In this document: one piece after another, positions 32,261 to 41,985 of the stretch | How positions within the stretch are numbered: the first letter of the stretch is position 1 | Layout of the letters: every line of letters begins with the position of its first letter | Assembly: GCA_963677595.1 (NCBI GenBank) | Contig: OY782041.1 | Coordinates: forward strand, 288,001-352,000 | From: Spirochaetia bacterium | GTDB taxonomy: Bacteria > Spirochaetota > Spirochaetia > CAKZLE01 | Length of the DNA: 64,000 nt | Direction of reading: 5' to 3' | Made by a program: the position numbers and the translations under genes | The notes under the pieces: generated by a model | What the model was told of the DNA's origin: nothing | Databases searched by the model: none | Seen by the model: only the letters and a program-made list of their open reading frames with translations

Positions 32261-33442
32261 CTAGAGCTGCAGGAAGGTCTCGATGATGGTAGAGCAGCTG
32301 TTCTCCTCGATCTTGACGATCTTCATCTCCCTGACTGCATTGTCAGGTGAATCCGAGGCATGGGCTGTGTTGACCATGACGTTCTGGCCGAACTCCCTCC
32401 TGATCGTACCGCCGGGAGCCTTGGTCGGGTCAGTCGGCCCGAGGACCTCCCTGATCTTCGCCACGGCATTCTCCCCTTCATAGATCAGGACCATGCTCTT
32501 GACCGATCCAGGGCTCTTGTACTCGTCCACCGGACAGGTATCAGGACGCTTCCCGGTCATGAACTCCAGGATCTGGTAGAACTGGTCCAGGGCCAGCTCC
32601 TCCCCGAAGGAGGTCGTGAGGGAGGTGTTCACCTCATCACTGCACTTCACCCCGAACTCCCGCTCCAGCACGGCCCTGGCTTTCTCTCCGTAGATCGGGG
32701 AGAGCTTCTTCTTCAGGACATCCTTGACCGGACCATAGAACTCGAGGGCCTGGGCAAGTGCCATCTGCTGCAGCTTGCAGCTGATGATCCTCAAGCCTGT
32801 CCTGCTGAACATGTCTATGATAGTTCCGGGCTTGGAGCTCGCGAACTTCCAGTTATCGGGTTTGATGATGACCAGGGTACGCTCGATCCTCTCGGGATGC
32901 GGATAGGTCATGTTCTCGATGATGGTCGGTTCATCCTTGATGAAGTCCTTGAAGAGCTCCAGGTGCATCTTCGCGGCGACAGCGTTCCTTGGAGTCAGCA
33001 CCGCCGGCTCGTAATAGAGGACGTCATCAGGGTCATCATGGGATGAGACGAAGTCCGCGTAGGTATCGCGGATGGTCTCACCATTGATTCGCTCCCAGTT
33101 CGTGTTCTCCATATAGAGGGGACCTGCGATCTTCGAGAGCTGATCATATGCATTCTCTCCGCTGAAGAGGAGCATCAGGATGCGGTGCCTTCGTCCACCG
33201 CTCGGTGAGAATGCCTGGATGATATACTTCTGGAGCAGTTTCCTGCCCCGCTCGTCGATCCCGCTGAGTGAACTGCTCAGGGACTGGGCATACGCTTCTG
33301 CGAACTCAGCCGTGGGGGCGAACATCTGCGCTCCCACCAGCTCCAGGTTGACCCGTGACAGCAGTCTCGAGACGACCCCGCCCGTCCTGCTCTTCGCTAT
33401 CGTGTAGGGAGTCACGAGAACATATGATAATTCTTGAGCCAT
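32261..33442 (-). CDS. ndk: Long two-domain nucleoside-diphosphate kinase
   Basis: C-terminal domain ERTLVIIKPD, GPTDP, GTIR and NTAHASDS; degenerate N-terminal copy (GETIRD). Confidence 0.85.
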   Translation of the reverse strand: MAQELSYVLVTPYTIAKSRTGGVVSRLLSRVNLELVGAQMFAPTAEFAEAYAQSLSSSLSGIDERGRKLLQKYIIQAFSPSGGRRHRILMLLFSGENAYDQLSKIAGPLYMENTNWERINGETIRDTYADFVSSHDDPDDVLYYEPAVLTPRNAVAAKMHLELFKDFIKDEPTIIENMTYPHPERIERTLVIIKPDNWKFASSKPGTIIDMFSRTGLRIISCKLQQMALAQALEFYGPVKDVLKKKLSPIYGEKARAVLEREFGVKCSDEVNTSLTTSFGEELALDQFYQILEFMTGKRPDTCPVDEYKSPGSVKSMVLIYEGENAVAKIREVLGPTDPTKAPGGTIRREFGQNVMVNTAHASDSPDNAVREMKIVKIEENSCSTIIETFLQL

Positions 33443-33638
33443 TGAAAACCTCCTAGCTCATGTATAAGTTTCTAACCACCATCACACCGTATACCATACC
33501 TGAAGCCTTTTCTCAACCGGCAAACCCGGTATTCACGGGATAATCACGGAGATGGAACGGTATGCCGGCCTTACGCAAAAACAGCATACCGTCATCCCTG
33601 ATGATATGCTGCTGTTACTACCCCTGGAGATAGGGATC

Positions 33639-34337
33639 TTATTTGTAGGTGCCCGTTAACGTGAACTGCCCGACGGCTGCAAGATCCTCTTCATCATAGG
33701 GATTGTAATAGTTATCCCAAGCCAGGGATCCCGTTAGTGTTCCCTGCACATTATATGCAGATTCTCCCACTGATTTTGCCTTCATGCTCAATTCGCCATT
33801 GACCGGGAACATCCCGGAAATATCTCCATTGGCCTTAAAGGTCATGATCGGCAGGCCGCCTTTTATCAGGGTTATATCACTGTGGTTGACACCGGAGAGA
33901 TCGAATGCCCCATACTCATTCAACACCATGCTGAAGTTCGTCGCATTATCCATCATAATCGAAGCGCCATCGATATAGTCCCAGTCCGACTCGACAACAA
34001 GATTGTCCCAGCCGTAATAATAGAGGAGCATTGCCTGCTCTTCTTCAGAGATCCCAGCATACATGGTGAAGTAATCCCAGGTCAGGAATGACTCATCCCG
34101 GGTCAGCCAGCGATCCCCAGCACCTACGGGATACGTATCTGCCGCGATCTGGAACACCCGCACGGTAGCGGTGAATTGTGATGATTCGCCCTTCACCGCA
34201 TCATCGCTGGTGACTCCCCTGCTCTCTATTGCATAATCCTCTGTGACATCCTTCTGCATGAACAGGTCACAGCCTGCCAGACTCATGATCAGGATCATGG
34301 ATACTGCTAACAGTACAAATTTTCTCATAGTCAACAC
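33639..34337 (-). CDS. Hypothetical lipoprotein
   Basis: Lipobox SLAGC after a hydrophobic leader; no recognisable domain; AT-richer than its flanks. Confidence 0.7.
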   Translation of the reverse strand: MLTMRKFVLLAVSMILIMSLAGCDLFMQKDVTEDYAIESRGVTSDDAVKGESSQFTATVRVFQIAADTYPVGAGDRWLTRDESFLTWDYFTMYAGISEEEQAMLLYYYGWDNLVVESDWDYIDGASIMMDNATNFSMVLNEYGAFDLSGVNHSDITLIKGGLPIMTFKANGDISGMFPVNGELSMKAKSVGESAYNVQGTLTGSLAWDNYYNPYDEEDLAAVGQFTLTGTYK

Positions 34338-34464
34338 TCACTCCTTACATCATAACAACTAGCATAATCCTACACGAAAATAAGTTATCATGCAAAGACT
34401 TTAGGAGTTTTCTTATGAGTTTCTCATCATTACCGTAGAAGGATCTGAAACCAGATCAGAATTC

Positions 34465-34689
34465 TCAGCCCTGTACCCCTCCGATGATCAGGAGCACGAC
34501 CCCCGCAGCCCCGATCACGATCGCGGCTACCTGGCAGATCCTCACGGCGGTGTCGTCACTCATGTTCTTCCCGAGTTTCATCTTGACCAGCTTGAGTATG
34601 CCGGGGCTCCTCTTGATCCCCCCGAAATACCCGACGCCACCGAAATACAGCAGGCAGGCAAGCCCTCCAAGCAAATATCCTATTCCCAT
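34465..34689 (-). CDS. Small membrane protein
   Basis: Two hydrophobic helices, AGGAGG RBS, last gene of the exporter operon. Confidence 0.65.
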   Translation of the reverse strand: MGIGYLLGGLACLLYFGGVGYFGGIKRSPGILKLVKMKLGKNMSDDTAVRICQVAAIVIGAAGVVLLIIGGVQG

Positions 34690-34732
34690 AATGAATCCTC
34701 CTATCTATCGTTCTTCGAGTGCTTCCCGCACC

Positions 34733-35737
34733 CTAACTCATCCCCTTCCTGATCCTCGGCATGGCTATGACATAGATGACCATGGAGAGGGCGAATACCA
34801 GTCCTGCGCTCAGCAGGACCTCTCCCCAGCCCGCCGTCTTCGTGAGGATCGACTCATTCGCCTTGTATGCCCAGTAGAACGGGCTCCAGTACATGGTCCA
34901 CTGCCACGTGTCCGAGAGGAACTCATAGCCTGCGATCGACCCTGCGATCGGCAGCAGGAGCATCTTCACACCCGAGGCCGCCTCGATGATGTCATTGCTG
35001 GTGAGTCCCTGGAGGAACCCGATGATGAGGCTCAGGATCATCGACATCAGCCCGATGAGGATGATCATGAACCAGTTGATGTCATAGTAGCCGGTGATCA
35101 GGACCGCTGAGACGATCCCCACCAGGGTCGTGAGCCCCCCGATCATGCTCTTCCCTACGATGAACTCATTCTGCGAGACCGGCGTGACATTGACGGCACT
35201 GATCGTGTTGCTCTGCTTCTCATCGACGATACCGAGCGCGATGAGCATGCCGGAGAGCATGATCGTCATGGCTATGAGCATATTGACCAGCTTCGTCTTG
35301 ATCGGCGATACCGTCCGCCCGAAGTCCACCATCTGAGCGGTGGAGTCCTCCTTCTTCGCATCCAGTTCATAGAGCGCCTGGTAGGTCCTTGCTGCCTCTA
35401 TGATGCTCTCAGCCTCGTTCCCCTGCACCAGGATCTCGTAACTCCCGTCCGTGAGGGGGATGAGCCCCATGATCTCATCCCGCTTGAGGACCCTCCGCTC
35501 CAGTTCATCCATGGAGGGGAACATCTCCACCTTCGCATACCGCTCCATGAAGGCGATATGCTGAGGAGTATCAGCCTCAAGCAGGGCGAACTTCACAGTC
35601 GTATCATTCAGCCCGGGGGCTGAGAAGTTGATGACAACGGCAATGATGATGGGGATGATCATGATATAGAGCATCAGCGCATCCCTCCGTGCCGAGAGGA
35701 GGTCGCGTCCTAACAATGCCAGTAACCGTTTCAACAT
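34733..35737 (-). CDS. ABC-2 exporter permease
   Basis: VDEK...VTP motif and transmembrane pattern. Confidence 0.85.
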   Translation of the reverse strand: MLKRLLALLGRDLLSARRDALMLYIMIIPIIIAVVINFSAPGLNDTTVKFALLEADTPQHIAFMERYAKVEMFPSMDELERRVLKRDEIMGLIPLTDGSYEILVQGNEAESIIEAARTYQALYELDAKKEDSTAQMVDFGRTVSPIKTKLVNMLIAMTIMLSGMLIALGIVDEKQSNTISAVNVTPVSQNEFIVGKSMIGGLTTLVGIVSAVLITGYYDINWFMIILIGLMSMILSLIIGFLQGLTSNDIIEAASGVKMLLLPIAGSIAGYEFLSDTWQWTMYWSPFYWAYKANESILTKTAGWGEVLLSAGLVFALSMVIYVIAMPRIRKGMS

Positions 35738-35750
35738 ACTACCTTCCTCC

Positions 35751-36947
35751 TTATATCCTCAGGCTCTTCCGGAACCTGATGTCCGATAACCAGAGCAGCA
35801 GGACTCCCCCGATGAGGAATCCCGCTGATGCGACCCAGACATAGGTCAGGTCGCCTGACCCCAGCAGCAGGTCCCTGAACCCCTGCAGCAGCGGGTACGA
35901 CGGGAAGAACCGGAGCCAGAGTGGGTCGAAACTCGGGATGTAGTAGGAGAATCCCGGGATCATCAGCGCGATCATCAGTCCGTAGAGGATCCCGAAGGCC
36001 TTGCTGAGGGTATCGAAGAAGCTTGAGATCAGGAGTCCTGCAGCCGAGAAAGCGAACGAGGTGATGATGAGGTACAGGATGAGTACCGGGTAGTTCGGTC
36101 CTGCCCCCATGACCGGGATCACGATGATCGCCGAAGAGAGGATGATCGTAGTGCAGATCACCATGATCTTGCTCAGCAGGTAGCTCATCATCTTCACCGG
36201 CGTGACGACCAAGGCATTGATCACCCCCTCATCCTTGTCGAGATAGACATAGGCGACGACGATGAAGATACCCATGAGAGAGCCTGCGAAAGCGAGGAAG
36301 GCAGGCACGAGGTTCTCGCGGTTGTTCAGGCGGTCTGTTGACCCGAGCTCCCTGACCTGCTGCCTCTCTGCCTGTGCCTCGAGTACGGTAAGGTTCTCAT
36401 TGTGCAGGATGTACATCGCATCGATGAGCCGATCAGTCTCGTAGCCCTGGTTCACATACTCGTAGTGCACCCTCCCATCGTTCCCGAATGAGAGGACTGC
36501 CCCTATTGCCCGTTCCTGGTAAGCGATCCGATAGAGGTCCTCGATAGTATCGAGGAGGTACTGCGTACCTTCCACCCTCCCCGTCTCCGGATCGACCGAA
36601 TGGCGGGTCTCAAGAAGGAGGGTCTTCTCCTCCGGGAAATCATAATCGGTCACCACTCCGGTATCCCGGTTGGTGAGCGTGAACTTCGCGGGCTTCAGCA
36701 CCCACTCCGTCGGCTCCTCGAGGATGACGAGCTTACCCTCCTTCACCCGCTGGGCCTCGAAACTCCCTATGACGGCATCCATCGAGTCGTCATAGAGGAG
36801 GAACTCCTTCATCCTGCTGTCAGGGTTCTCCGAGATCCCGAACAGGAGGATGATGAGCATGATGACAGCGACGAAGAGCTCGATATAGAAGTAGAATCCC
36901 CGCGCCGCTATCTTCATCTCCTTCGCATAGACAGTCAGCAGTTTCAT
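35751..36947 (-). CDS. ABC-2 exporter permease
   Basis: LDKDEG...VTP motif and transmembrane pattern. Confidence 0.85.
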   Translation of the reverse strand: MKLLTVYAKEMKIAARGFYFYIELFVAVIMLIILLFGISENPDSRMKEFLLYDDSMDAVIGSFEAQRVKEGKLVILEEPTEWVLKPAKFTLTNRDTGVVTDYDFPEEKTLLLETRHSVDPETGRVEGTQYLLDTIEDLYRIAYQERAIGAVLSFGNDGRVHYEYVNQGYETDRLIDAMYILHNENLTVLEAQAERQQVRELGSTDRLNNRENLVPAFLAFAGSLMGIFIVVAYVYLDKDEGVINALVVTPVKMMSYLLSKIMVICTTIILSSAIIVIPVMGAGPNYPVLILYLIITSFAFSAAGLLISSFFDTLSKAFGILYGLMIALMIPGFSYYIPSFDPLWLRFFPSYPLLQGFRDLLLGSGDLTYVWVASAGFLIGGVLLLWLSDIRFRKSLRI

Positions 36948-37802
36948 CTATGACAGCCCCCTTCCCGTGACCTGGATGAAGATCTCCTCGAGCGTCGCCT
37001 CCTTGGTGTGCATCGTCTGGACCTGGCAGCTCCTCACGATCTCCCCGATCCGGTTCCGGTCTGAGTCCTCGACCGTCTTGAGGGTCTCTTTCTTCAAGAC
37101 ACCTTTCTCGATGTACTCGATCTCCACCAGCTTCTTCCCGTATTGGAGCTTCAGGTTCTTCGGGGTATCGATGAGCTTGATCTCCCCGTCGATGATGAAG
37201 GCGACACGGTCGCAGAGCTCATCCGCTATATACATGTTGTGGGTGGTGAGGAAACAGGTCGTCCCCGATGCTGCCTTATCCCGGATGATCGACTTGATCG
37301 TCGCTGCGATCGTGGGGTCGAGCCCGGTGGTCGGCTCATCGAGGAACCAGAGCTCGGGATTGTTGATCATGCTCCTGGCAAAGGTCAGCCGGTGCTTCAT
37401 CCCCTTGGAGAACTCCCCAGCCCGTATATCCTCCTTCCCGTCAAGCCCGACTAAGCTGATCAGCTCACGGGGATCAGCCGTGGGGACGTCGAAGAGATTC
37501 GCATAGAATTCGAGGTTCTCCCTGGCAGTCAGCTTGCCGTAGACGTTCGACTGCTCGAAGGAGACCCCGATCTTGTTGAACCGCTCCTTGCTCACCTTCT
37601 TCACGTCATACCCCGCGACGGAGACCTCCCCGGACTGCTGGACAAGGAGCCCGGTGAGGATGCCCTGGGTCGTCGACTTACCGGCACCCGACGGGCCGAG
37701 GAACCCGAAGGTCTCCCCCTTCCCGACCTCAAAGCTGATGTCGTTCACGGCGAACTTCCCATCCCTGTTGTATGAGTGAGACAGATTCTTCACTGAGATC
37801 AT
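36948..37802 (-). CDS. ABC exporter ATP-binding protein
   Basis: GPSGAGKST, FSKGM, LDEPTTGLD and TTH motifs. Confidence 0.95.
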   Translation of the reverse strand: MISVKNLSHSYNRDGKFAVNDISFEVGKGETFGFLGPSGAGKSTTQGILTGLLVQQSGEVSVAGYDVKKVSKERFNKIGVSFEQSNVYGKLTARENLEFYANLFDVPTADPRELISLVGLDGKEDIRAGEFSKGMKHRLTFARSMINNPELWFLDEPTTGLDPTIAATIKSIIRDKAASGTTCFLTTHNMYIADELCDRVAFIIDGEIKLIDTPKNLKLQYGKKLVEIEYIEKGVLKKETLKTVEDSDRNRIGEIVRSCQVQTMHTKEATLEEIFIQVTGRGLS

Positions 37803-38461
37803 TACTCCTCCCCTCCCTCCGGGTCCTTGTATATGGCCCGTTTCAGGATATCTGTATAGGTATCGAACGTCTGCTGGATATCATGGTAATGCCCCGGGTC
37901 ATGCTGCGAATGTTCCGGGGGGTAATACCGCTTCGAGATCCCCTCCATGGTCCATTCGAGCAGCTCGATATACTCCCCGACCCTGCCCGGGTCACGGAAC
38001 CGTGTGAAGTCTATATGTTCTGAGTAGATCCGCTGCATGAGCCCGTCCACGTCGATATCGAACCTGCGGTAGAGGGCCTTCGCCTTCCCGATGTCGATAT
38101 CGCCGGGGTCCGGTGCGATCAGCCGGTAGACGAAGTCGAAGAGGCCGGGATGCCGGTCCTCCATCTGGAGTTTCAGGATCGCGATCTGCCTGATACGGGC
38201 GATGAGGTCCGGCTCACTCCAGTCGAGGTTGTCCTCGATATGGTGGAACATCGTCGTGATGACGTAGGCGGAAAGGGAATCGTAGAGGTCCTGCTTGTCT
38301 GTGAAGTAGTGGAAGAGCAGGCCTTTCGAGATCCCGGCCTTCTTCACGATACTGTTGGTGGAAGCCTTCCCAAAGGGAAGATGTGAGAACTCATCGATCG
38401 CTGCGTTGATGAGACGGGTTCTCTTATCGGGATCCATCTGCTGGAGCTTGTCTTCCACCAT
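37802..38461 (-). CDS. TetR/AcrR family regulator
   Basis: STNSIVKKAGISKGLLFHYFTDKQDL HTH. Confidence 0.92.
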   Translation of the reverse strand: MVEDKLQQMDPDKRTRLINAAIDEFSHLPFGKASTNSIVKKAGISKGLLFHYFTDKQDLYDSLSAYVITTMFHHIEDNLDWSEPDLIARIRQIAILKLQMEDRHPGLFDFVYRLIAPDPGDIDIGKAKALYRRFDIDVDGLMQRIYSEHIDFTRFRDPGRVGEYIELLEWTMEGISKRYYPPEHSQHDPGHYHDIQQTFDTYTDILKRAIYKDPEGGEE

Positions 38462-38472
38462 ACCCTCCTGCG

Positions 38473-38523
38473 TTGACCACTGTGGTCAATACTATCGTAC
38501 TACCATTGACCACTGCGGTCAAT
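38473..38523. promoter_or_regulatory. Two TetR-type palindromic operators
   Basis: TTGACCAC-T-GTGGTCAA (38473-38489) and TTGACCAC-T-GCGGTCAA (38506-38522) directly upstream of tetR. Confidence 0.8.
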
Positions 38524-38599
38524 ATGCGGGGGATGAAGTTTTTTCATGAGTTCCCCGCAAATTTAAATCAAAACGGCCGAATCCCTGTTAGTAACCAGT

Positions 38600-39574
38600 A
38601 TGAGGAGGCATGAAATGATAAGAGAACCTATCACGTATGACGGGAAGCTGCTCCTCCCGATCACGAGCGACATCATGTTCAAGGCTGTGTTCAGCCGACC
38701 CGAGAGCAGGGACCTCTTAGTCGACCTGCTGAACACCTACCTCAAGATGGGGATAGCTTCCCCTGAGGACATAGACCTGGTAGCCGGGGAGAAACTCCTG
38801 CGCTACACCGAGGACAAGCTCTTTCGCCTCGACCTGCGGGTGAAGACAGCCTCCGGTGAACAGGTCAACATAGAGATCCAGGCAGTCAACCATCATGACA
38901 TCATCGAACGCAGCCTCTTCTATGTCACCGGTATGTACCATGACCAGTTTGAGAAGGGAATGCCATATAATAAAGGGAGAAGGACTGTAGGGTTATACTT
39001 TCTGTGCTATAATGAGTTTGCAGGGAGTCACTTCAAACATTCGTTCATCTTCAGAGAAGAGACCGTCGAAGGGCTGCCGCTGAAGGAGTTGCTCAAGGTA
39101 GTCTACGTGGAGCTCCAGAAGGTCCCGAAGGAAGGGGCTGACATCTGGAGCAGGCTGCTCACAGCAGCGAGTGAAGATGACCTCAAGGAGCTTGAAGCCG
39201 AGGCTCCCCTGATACAGAAGGCGGTGGGTATCATGAAGATCGTAAGTGAGGATGATGAGTTACGGTTCATTGAAACGATGAAGCGTAAAGCCGTGATGGA
39301 TGAGTACTCCAGGAGGGCCTCTGCGTTGTCGGAGGGCATGGCTAAAGGCATAGCTAAAGGTAAAGTTGAAGGTAAAGTTGAAGGCCGTGAAGAGACGCAG
39401 CAGGAGATCGCCCTCAAGCTTGCAGAACAGGGCTTCTCAAGCGAGCAAATCATTTCCCTGACTGGTATCGATGCGAACAAGCTTGCCGAAATCTCTCAGA
39501 ACAGGGCTGCCGCTGAAGGAGTTGCTCAAGGTAGTCTACGTGGAGCTCCAGAAGGTCCCGGAGGAGAGGGCTGA
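38600..39574 (+). CDS. Rpn-family PD-(D/E)XK nuclease (recombination-promoting nuclease/putative transposase)
   Basis: DIMFKAVF, RLDLRV, NIEIQ, RSLFY and C-terminal EG-repeat region; reads into a duplicated segment, giving an aberrant 22-aa tail. Confidence 0.85.
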   Translation: MRRHEMIREPITYDGKLLLPITSDIMFKAVFSRPESRDLLVDLLNTYLKMGIASPEDIDLVAGEKLLRYTEDKLFRLDLRVKTASGEQVNIEIQAVNHHDIIERSLFYVTGMYHDQFEKGMPYNKGRRTVGLYFLCYNEFAGSHFKHSFIFREETVEGLPLKELLKVVYVELQKVPKEGADIWSRLLTAASEDDLKELEAEAPLIQKAVGIMKIVSEDDELRFIETMKRKAVMDEYSRRASALSEGMAKGIAKGKVEGKVEGREETQQEIALKLAEQGFSSEQIISLTGIDANKLAEISQNRAAAEGVAQGSLRGAPEGPGGEG

Positions 39575-39927
39575 CATCTGGAGCAGGCTGCTCACAGCAG
39601 CGAGTGAAGATGACCTCAAGGAGCTTGAAGCCGGGGCTCCCCTGATACAGAAGGCGGTGGGTATCATGAAGATCGTAAGTGAGGATGATGAGTTACGGTT
39701 CATTGAAACGATGAAGCGTAAAGCCGTGATGGATGAGTACTCCAGGAGGGCCTCTGCGTTGTCAGAGGGCATAGCCAAAGGTAAAGTTGAAGGTAAAGTT
39801 GAAGGCCGTGAAGAGACACAGCAGGAGATCGCCCTCAAGCTTGCAGAACAGGGATTCTCAAGCGAGCAGATCATTTCCCTGACTGGTATCGATGCGAACA
39901 AGCTTGCCGAAATCTCTCAGAACAGGG
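39070..39927 (+). repeat. Diverged tandem duplication of the rpn 3' half (433-bp and 421-bp units)
   Basis: 39070-39502 matches 39503-39923 with about 9 substitutions and one 12-bp indel; AGGG microhomology at the junctions. Confidence 0.95.
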
Positions 39928-39935
39928 AGGTCTGA
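39759..39935 (+). CDS. Putative stand-alone Rpn C-terminal (RpnS-like) protein
   Basis: AGGAGG 9 nt before in-frame TTG 39759 (alternative ATG 39666); intact to the native stop after ...QNREV. Confidence 0.45.
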   Translation: MSEGIAKGKVEGKVEGREETQQEIALKLAEQGFSSEQIISLTGIDANKLAEISQNREV

Positions 39936-39940
39936 TACCG

Positions 39941-40333
39941 ATGATCGAACATGTCCATGAACACATGCTGGATGAGATCCGGACGAATACCAGGACCGAT
40001 ACCATCTTCGTCCTGGCATCCATCATGCTCAACCTGATCACCCTTGCCGTGAATTCTGGCCTTGGCAGCGATGATGCCCCGAACTACGCGATCATGGCGA
40101 TCTTCACGATCCTCGTCATCGTCGTGAACTCTGTCGCCATCATCGGGCTGCTCAAGGGACGGGCTGCACGGGCAAAGCTCACCGAGGGGATCCTGAAGAT
40201 CTATGCCGATAATGGCGTCGACGGGTATTACGACCGCTCACTGCTCGAATCCTACCGAACACGCTACCTGCTCTTCATGCTCGTCGTACTTGCCACGGGT
40301 CTGGTATCAGCTGTCGTTCCCTATTTCCTCTGA
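39941..40333 (+). CDS. Hypothetical membrane protein
   Basis: Three hydrophobic segments, GGAGG RBS and backbone-like codon usage. Confidence 0.75.
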   Translation: MIEHVHEHMLDEIRTNTRTDTIFVLASIMLNLITLAVNSGLGSDDAPNYAIMAIFTILVIVVNSVAIIGLLKGRAARAKLTEGILKIYADNGVDGYYDRSLLESYRTRYLLFMLVVLATGLVSAVVPYFL

Positions 40334-40353
40334 CACAGGCCAGTACAGCAGGG

Positions 40354-41985
40354 TCAGAATCTCCGAATCGGTCGGACTGGGACGTTAGCTGTTTTGGAGG
40401 CTGCATGATCATCACCATCCTCCATGCTGACGGACCGGGCACTGAGGGAATTCACTTCAGTGGAACTCAAGTACGACCTCTCCATGAAATTCCCAAGCCC
40501 TTTCGATGCAAGGGACTCATACAGGAAATACAGCTCCCCCTTGCTGGGAAGGTACCAGTCATCATAGCCTCCGAACACGAGGTCATCGCAAATCTCTGCG
40601 GCATAGGGCTCCTGCTCGACCGATGAGAGATACGATATGATCATCTTGGTATTGTAGAGTCCTGAATCGCTGGTATCGATCCTGACCTCCGAGATCTTGA
40701 TGCTCCTGCCGCCCCAGTGATACGAAGGATCCTCATCGGTCCCTGCCCAATCTGAAGGGGCTGCCTCGATATAACTCCAGTCGTCGGAGCTCTCTGGATT
40801 CACATAGGCTATGATCCCACCGGCAGGACCGGTGTCCCCGACGGTATACACAGCAGGGGCTGCAGTATCCTGGGGCTCAGGAGGTTCGAGACCATCATCA
40901 ATGAGCAGCTGGCCTGCCGGGGTTCCGGGAACCCTGCTCCCTGCCAGTACGATTTCCCTCAACTTGTCTGTATGGATACCATCGGACCAGAGGACACTAC
41001 CTGCTTCCATATCGATGCAGTAGAGTATCCCGCTCTTCGAACCGGCATAGACCAGACCGTCAGCATCTTCCGCGATCCCGAAGAGTACCTCATCGATGCC
41101 GGTGAACTCACTGATGATACTCCCGTCCTGCGGGTCTATCTTCTTTATGGCCCCGGAAGCATCCGCAGTGAGAACGGAGCCCTCTGCTCCCAAGGTCACA
41201 TAGGTCACATTCCCATCGAAGTCGGTGGTATTCCACAGCTTCTCGCCTGAGGGTGAGAGTTTCAGCAGCCCGTTCCCATTACCGCCTCCATCATAGAGAT
41301 CCCCTGCAGCATCAACGACCAGTTCATTGACATGATTTGCCTTGTAGGTCCACAGTAACTTCCCATCCCCATCAAGCTTCAGGATCCTGCCTGTTGACGA
41401 CCCTGCATAGACATTCCTTTCCCGATCGACGGCAAGGCCGTGCAAGCCTTCGGGGACACGATATGTCCAGACCTCCTCACCGCTGAGGGTGAGCTTCTTC
41501 ACGTGCCCGTCACTTCCTCCGGCAGCGGTATAGATGAAGCCGTTGCCGGCCACCACTTCATTCACTCCATTCCCATGACCAGAGAAGACCCAGACGACAC
41601 TTCCATCAGCAGGATCGATCTTCCGTATCCGGGCATCCCCGCCTGCTGTATAGAGGTAGCCTTCATCATCCATCGAGAGACCTGCCACCCAGCTCCCATG
41701 CCCGGCGAACTCCCAGAGGACCGCACCAGTCCCCAGGTCGACCTTCCTCAATGCACGGTCATGCCCGATGGTATAGATGTACCCGGAGGCTGTCCCTTCA
41801 TCCGGGATGACAGTCTCTTCCGGGGCTTCTTCCGGCTCTTCTATGTCAACGGTTTCTGCAGGTTCAGGAGACTGGACCTGCAGGATCGCAGGCCGCGGGG
41901 CGACTACCGTCGCACAACCAGATACCATGACCACTACTGCAGTCAAGACGATCCAACCTATAGCCCTCTTGATGTGTTCTCTCAT
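40354..41985 (-). CDS. Lipoprotein with beta-propeller repeats and C-terminal DUF1566/Lcl-like domain
   Basis: Lipobox VSGC; WD/PQQ-like repeats (G..LW.F.GH); C-terminal YTVGDTGPAGG...GGYDDWYLPSKGEL...VRPIRRF. Confidence 0.75.
   Translation of the reverse strand: MREHIKRAIGWIVLTAVVVMVSGCATVVAPRPAILQVQSPEPAETVDIEEPEEAPEETVIPDEGTASGYIYTIGHDRALRKVDLGTGAVLWEFAGHGSWVAGLSMDDEGYLYTAGGDARIRKIDPADGSVVWVFSGHGNGVNEVVAGNGFIYTAAGGSDGHVKKLTLSGEEVWTYRVPEGLHGLAVDRERNVYAGSSTGRILKLDGDGKLLWTYKANHVNELVVDAAGDLYDGGGNGNGLLKLSPSGEKLWNTTDFDGNVTYVTLGAEGSVLTADASGAIKKIDPQDGSIISEFTGIDEVLFGIAEDADGLVYAGSKSGILYCIDMEAGSVLWSDGIHTDKLREIVLAGSRVPGTPAGQLLIDDGLEPPEPQDTAAPAVYTVGDTGPAGGIIAYVNPESSDDWSYIEAAPSDWAGTDEDPSYHWGGRSIKISEVRIDTSDSGLYNTKMIISYLSSVEQEPYAAEICDDLVFGGYDDWYLPSKGELYFLYESLASKGLGNFMERSYLSSTEVNSLSARSVSMEDGDDHAASKTANVPVRPIRRF

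Noticed and set aside
39471-39502. ORF-track start of the 154-aa second rpn ORF (MRTSLPKSLRT...)
   Set aside because: This start comes from an alternative frame of copy 1 and lacks an RBS; internal starts at 39666 or 39759 are more plausible.
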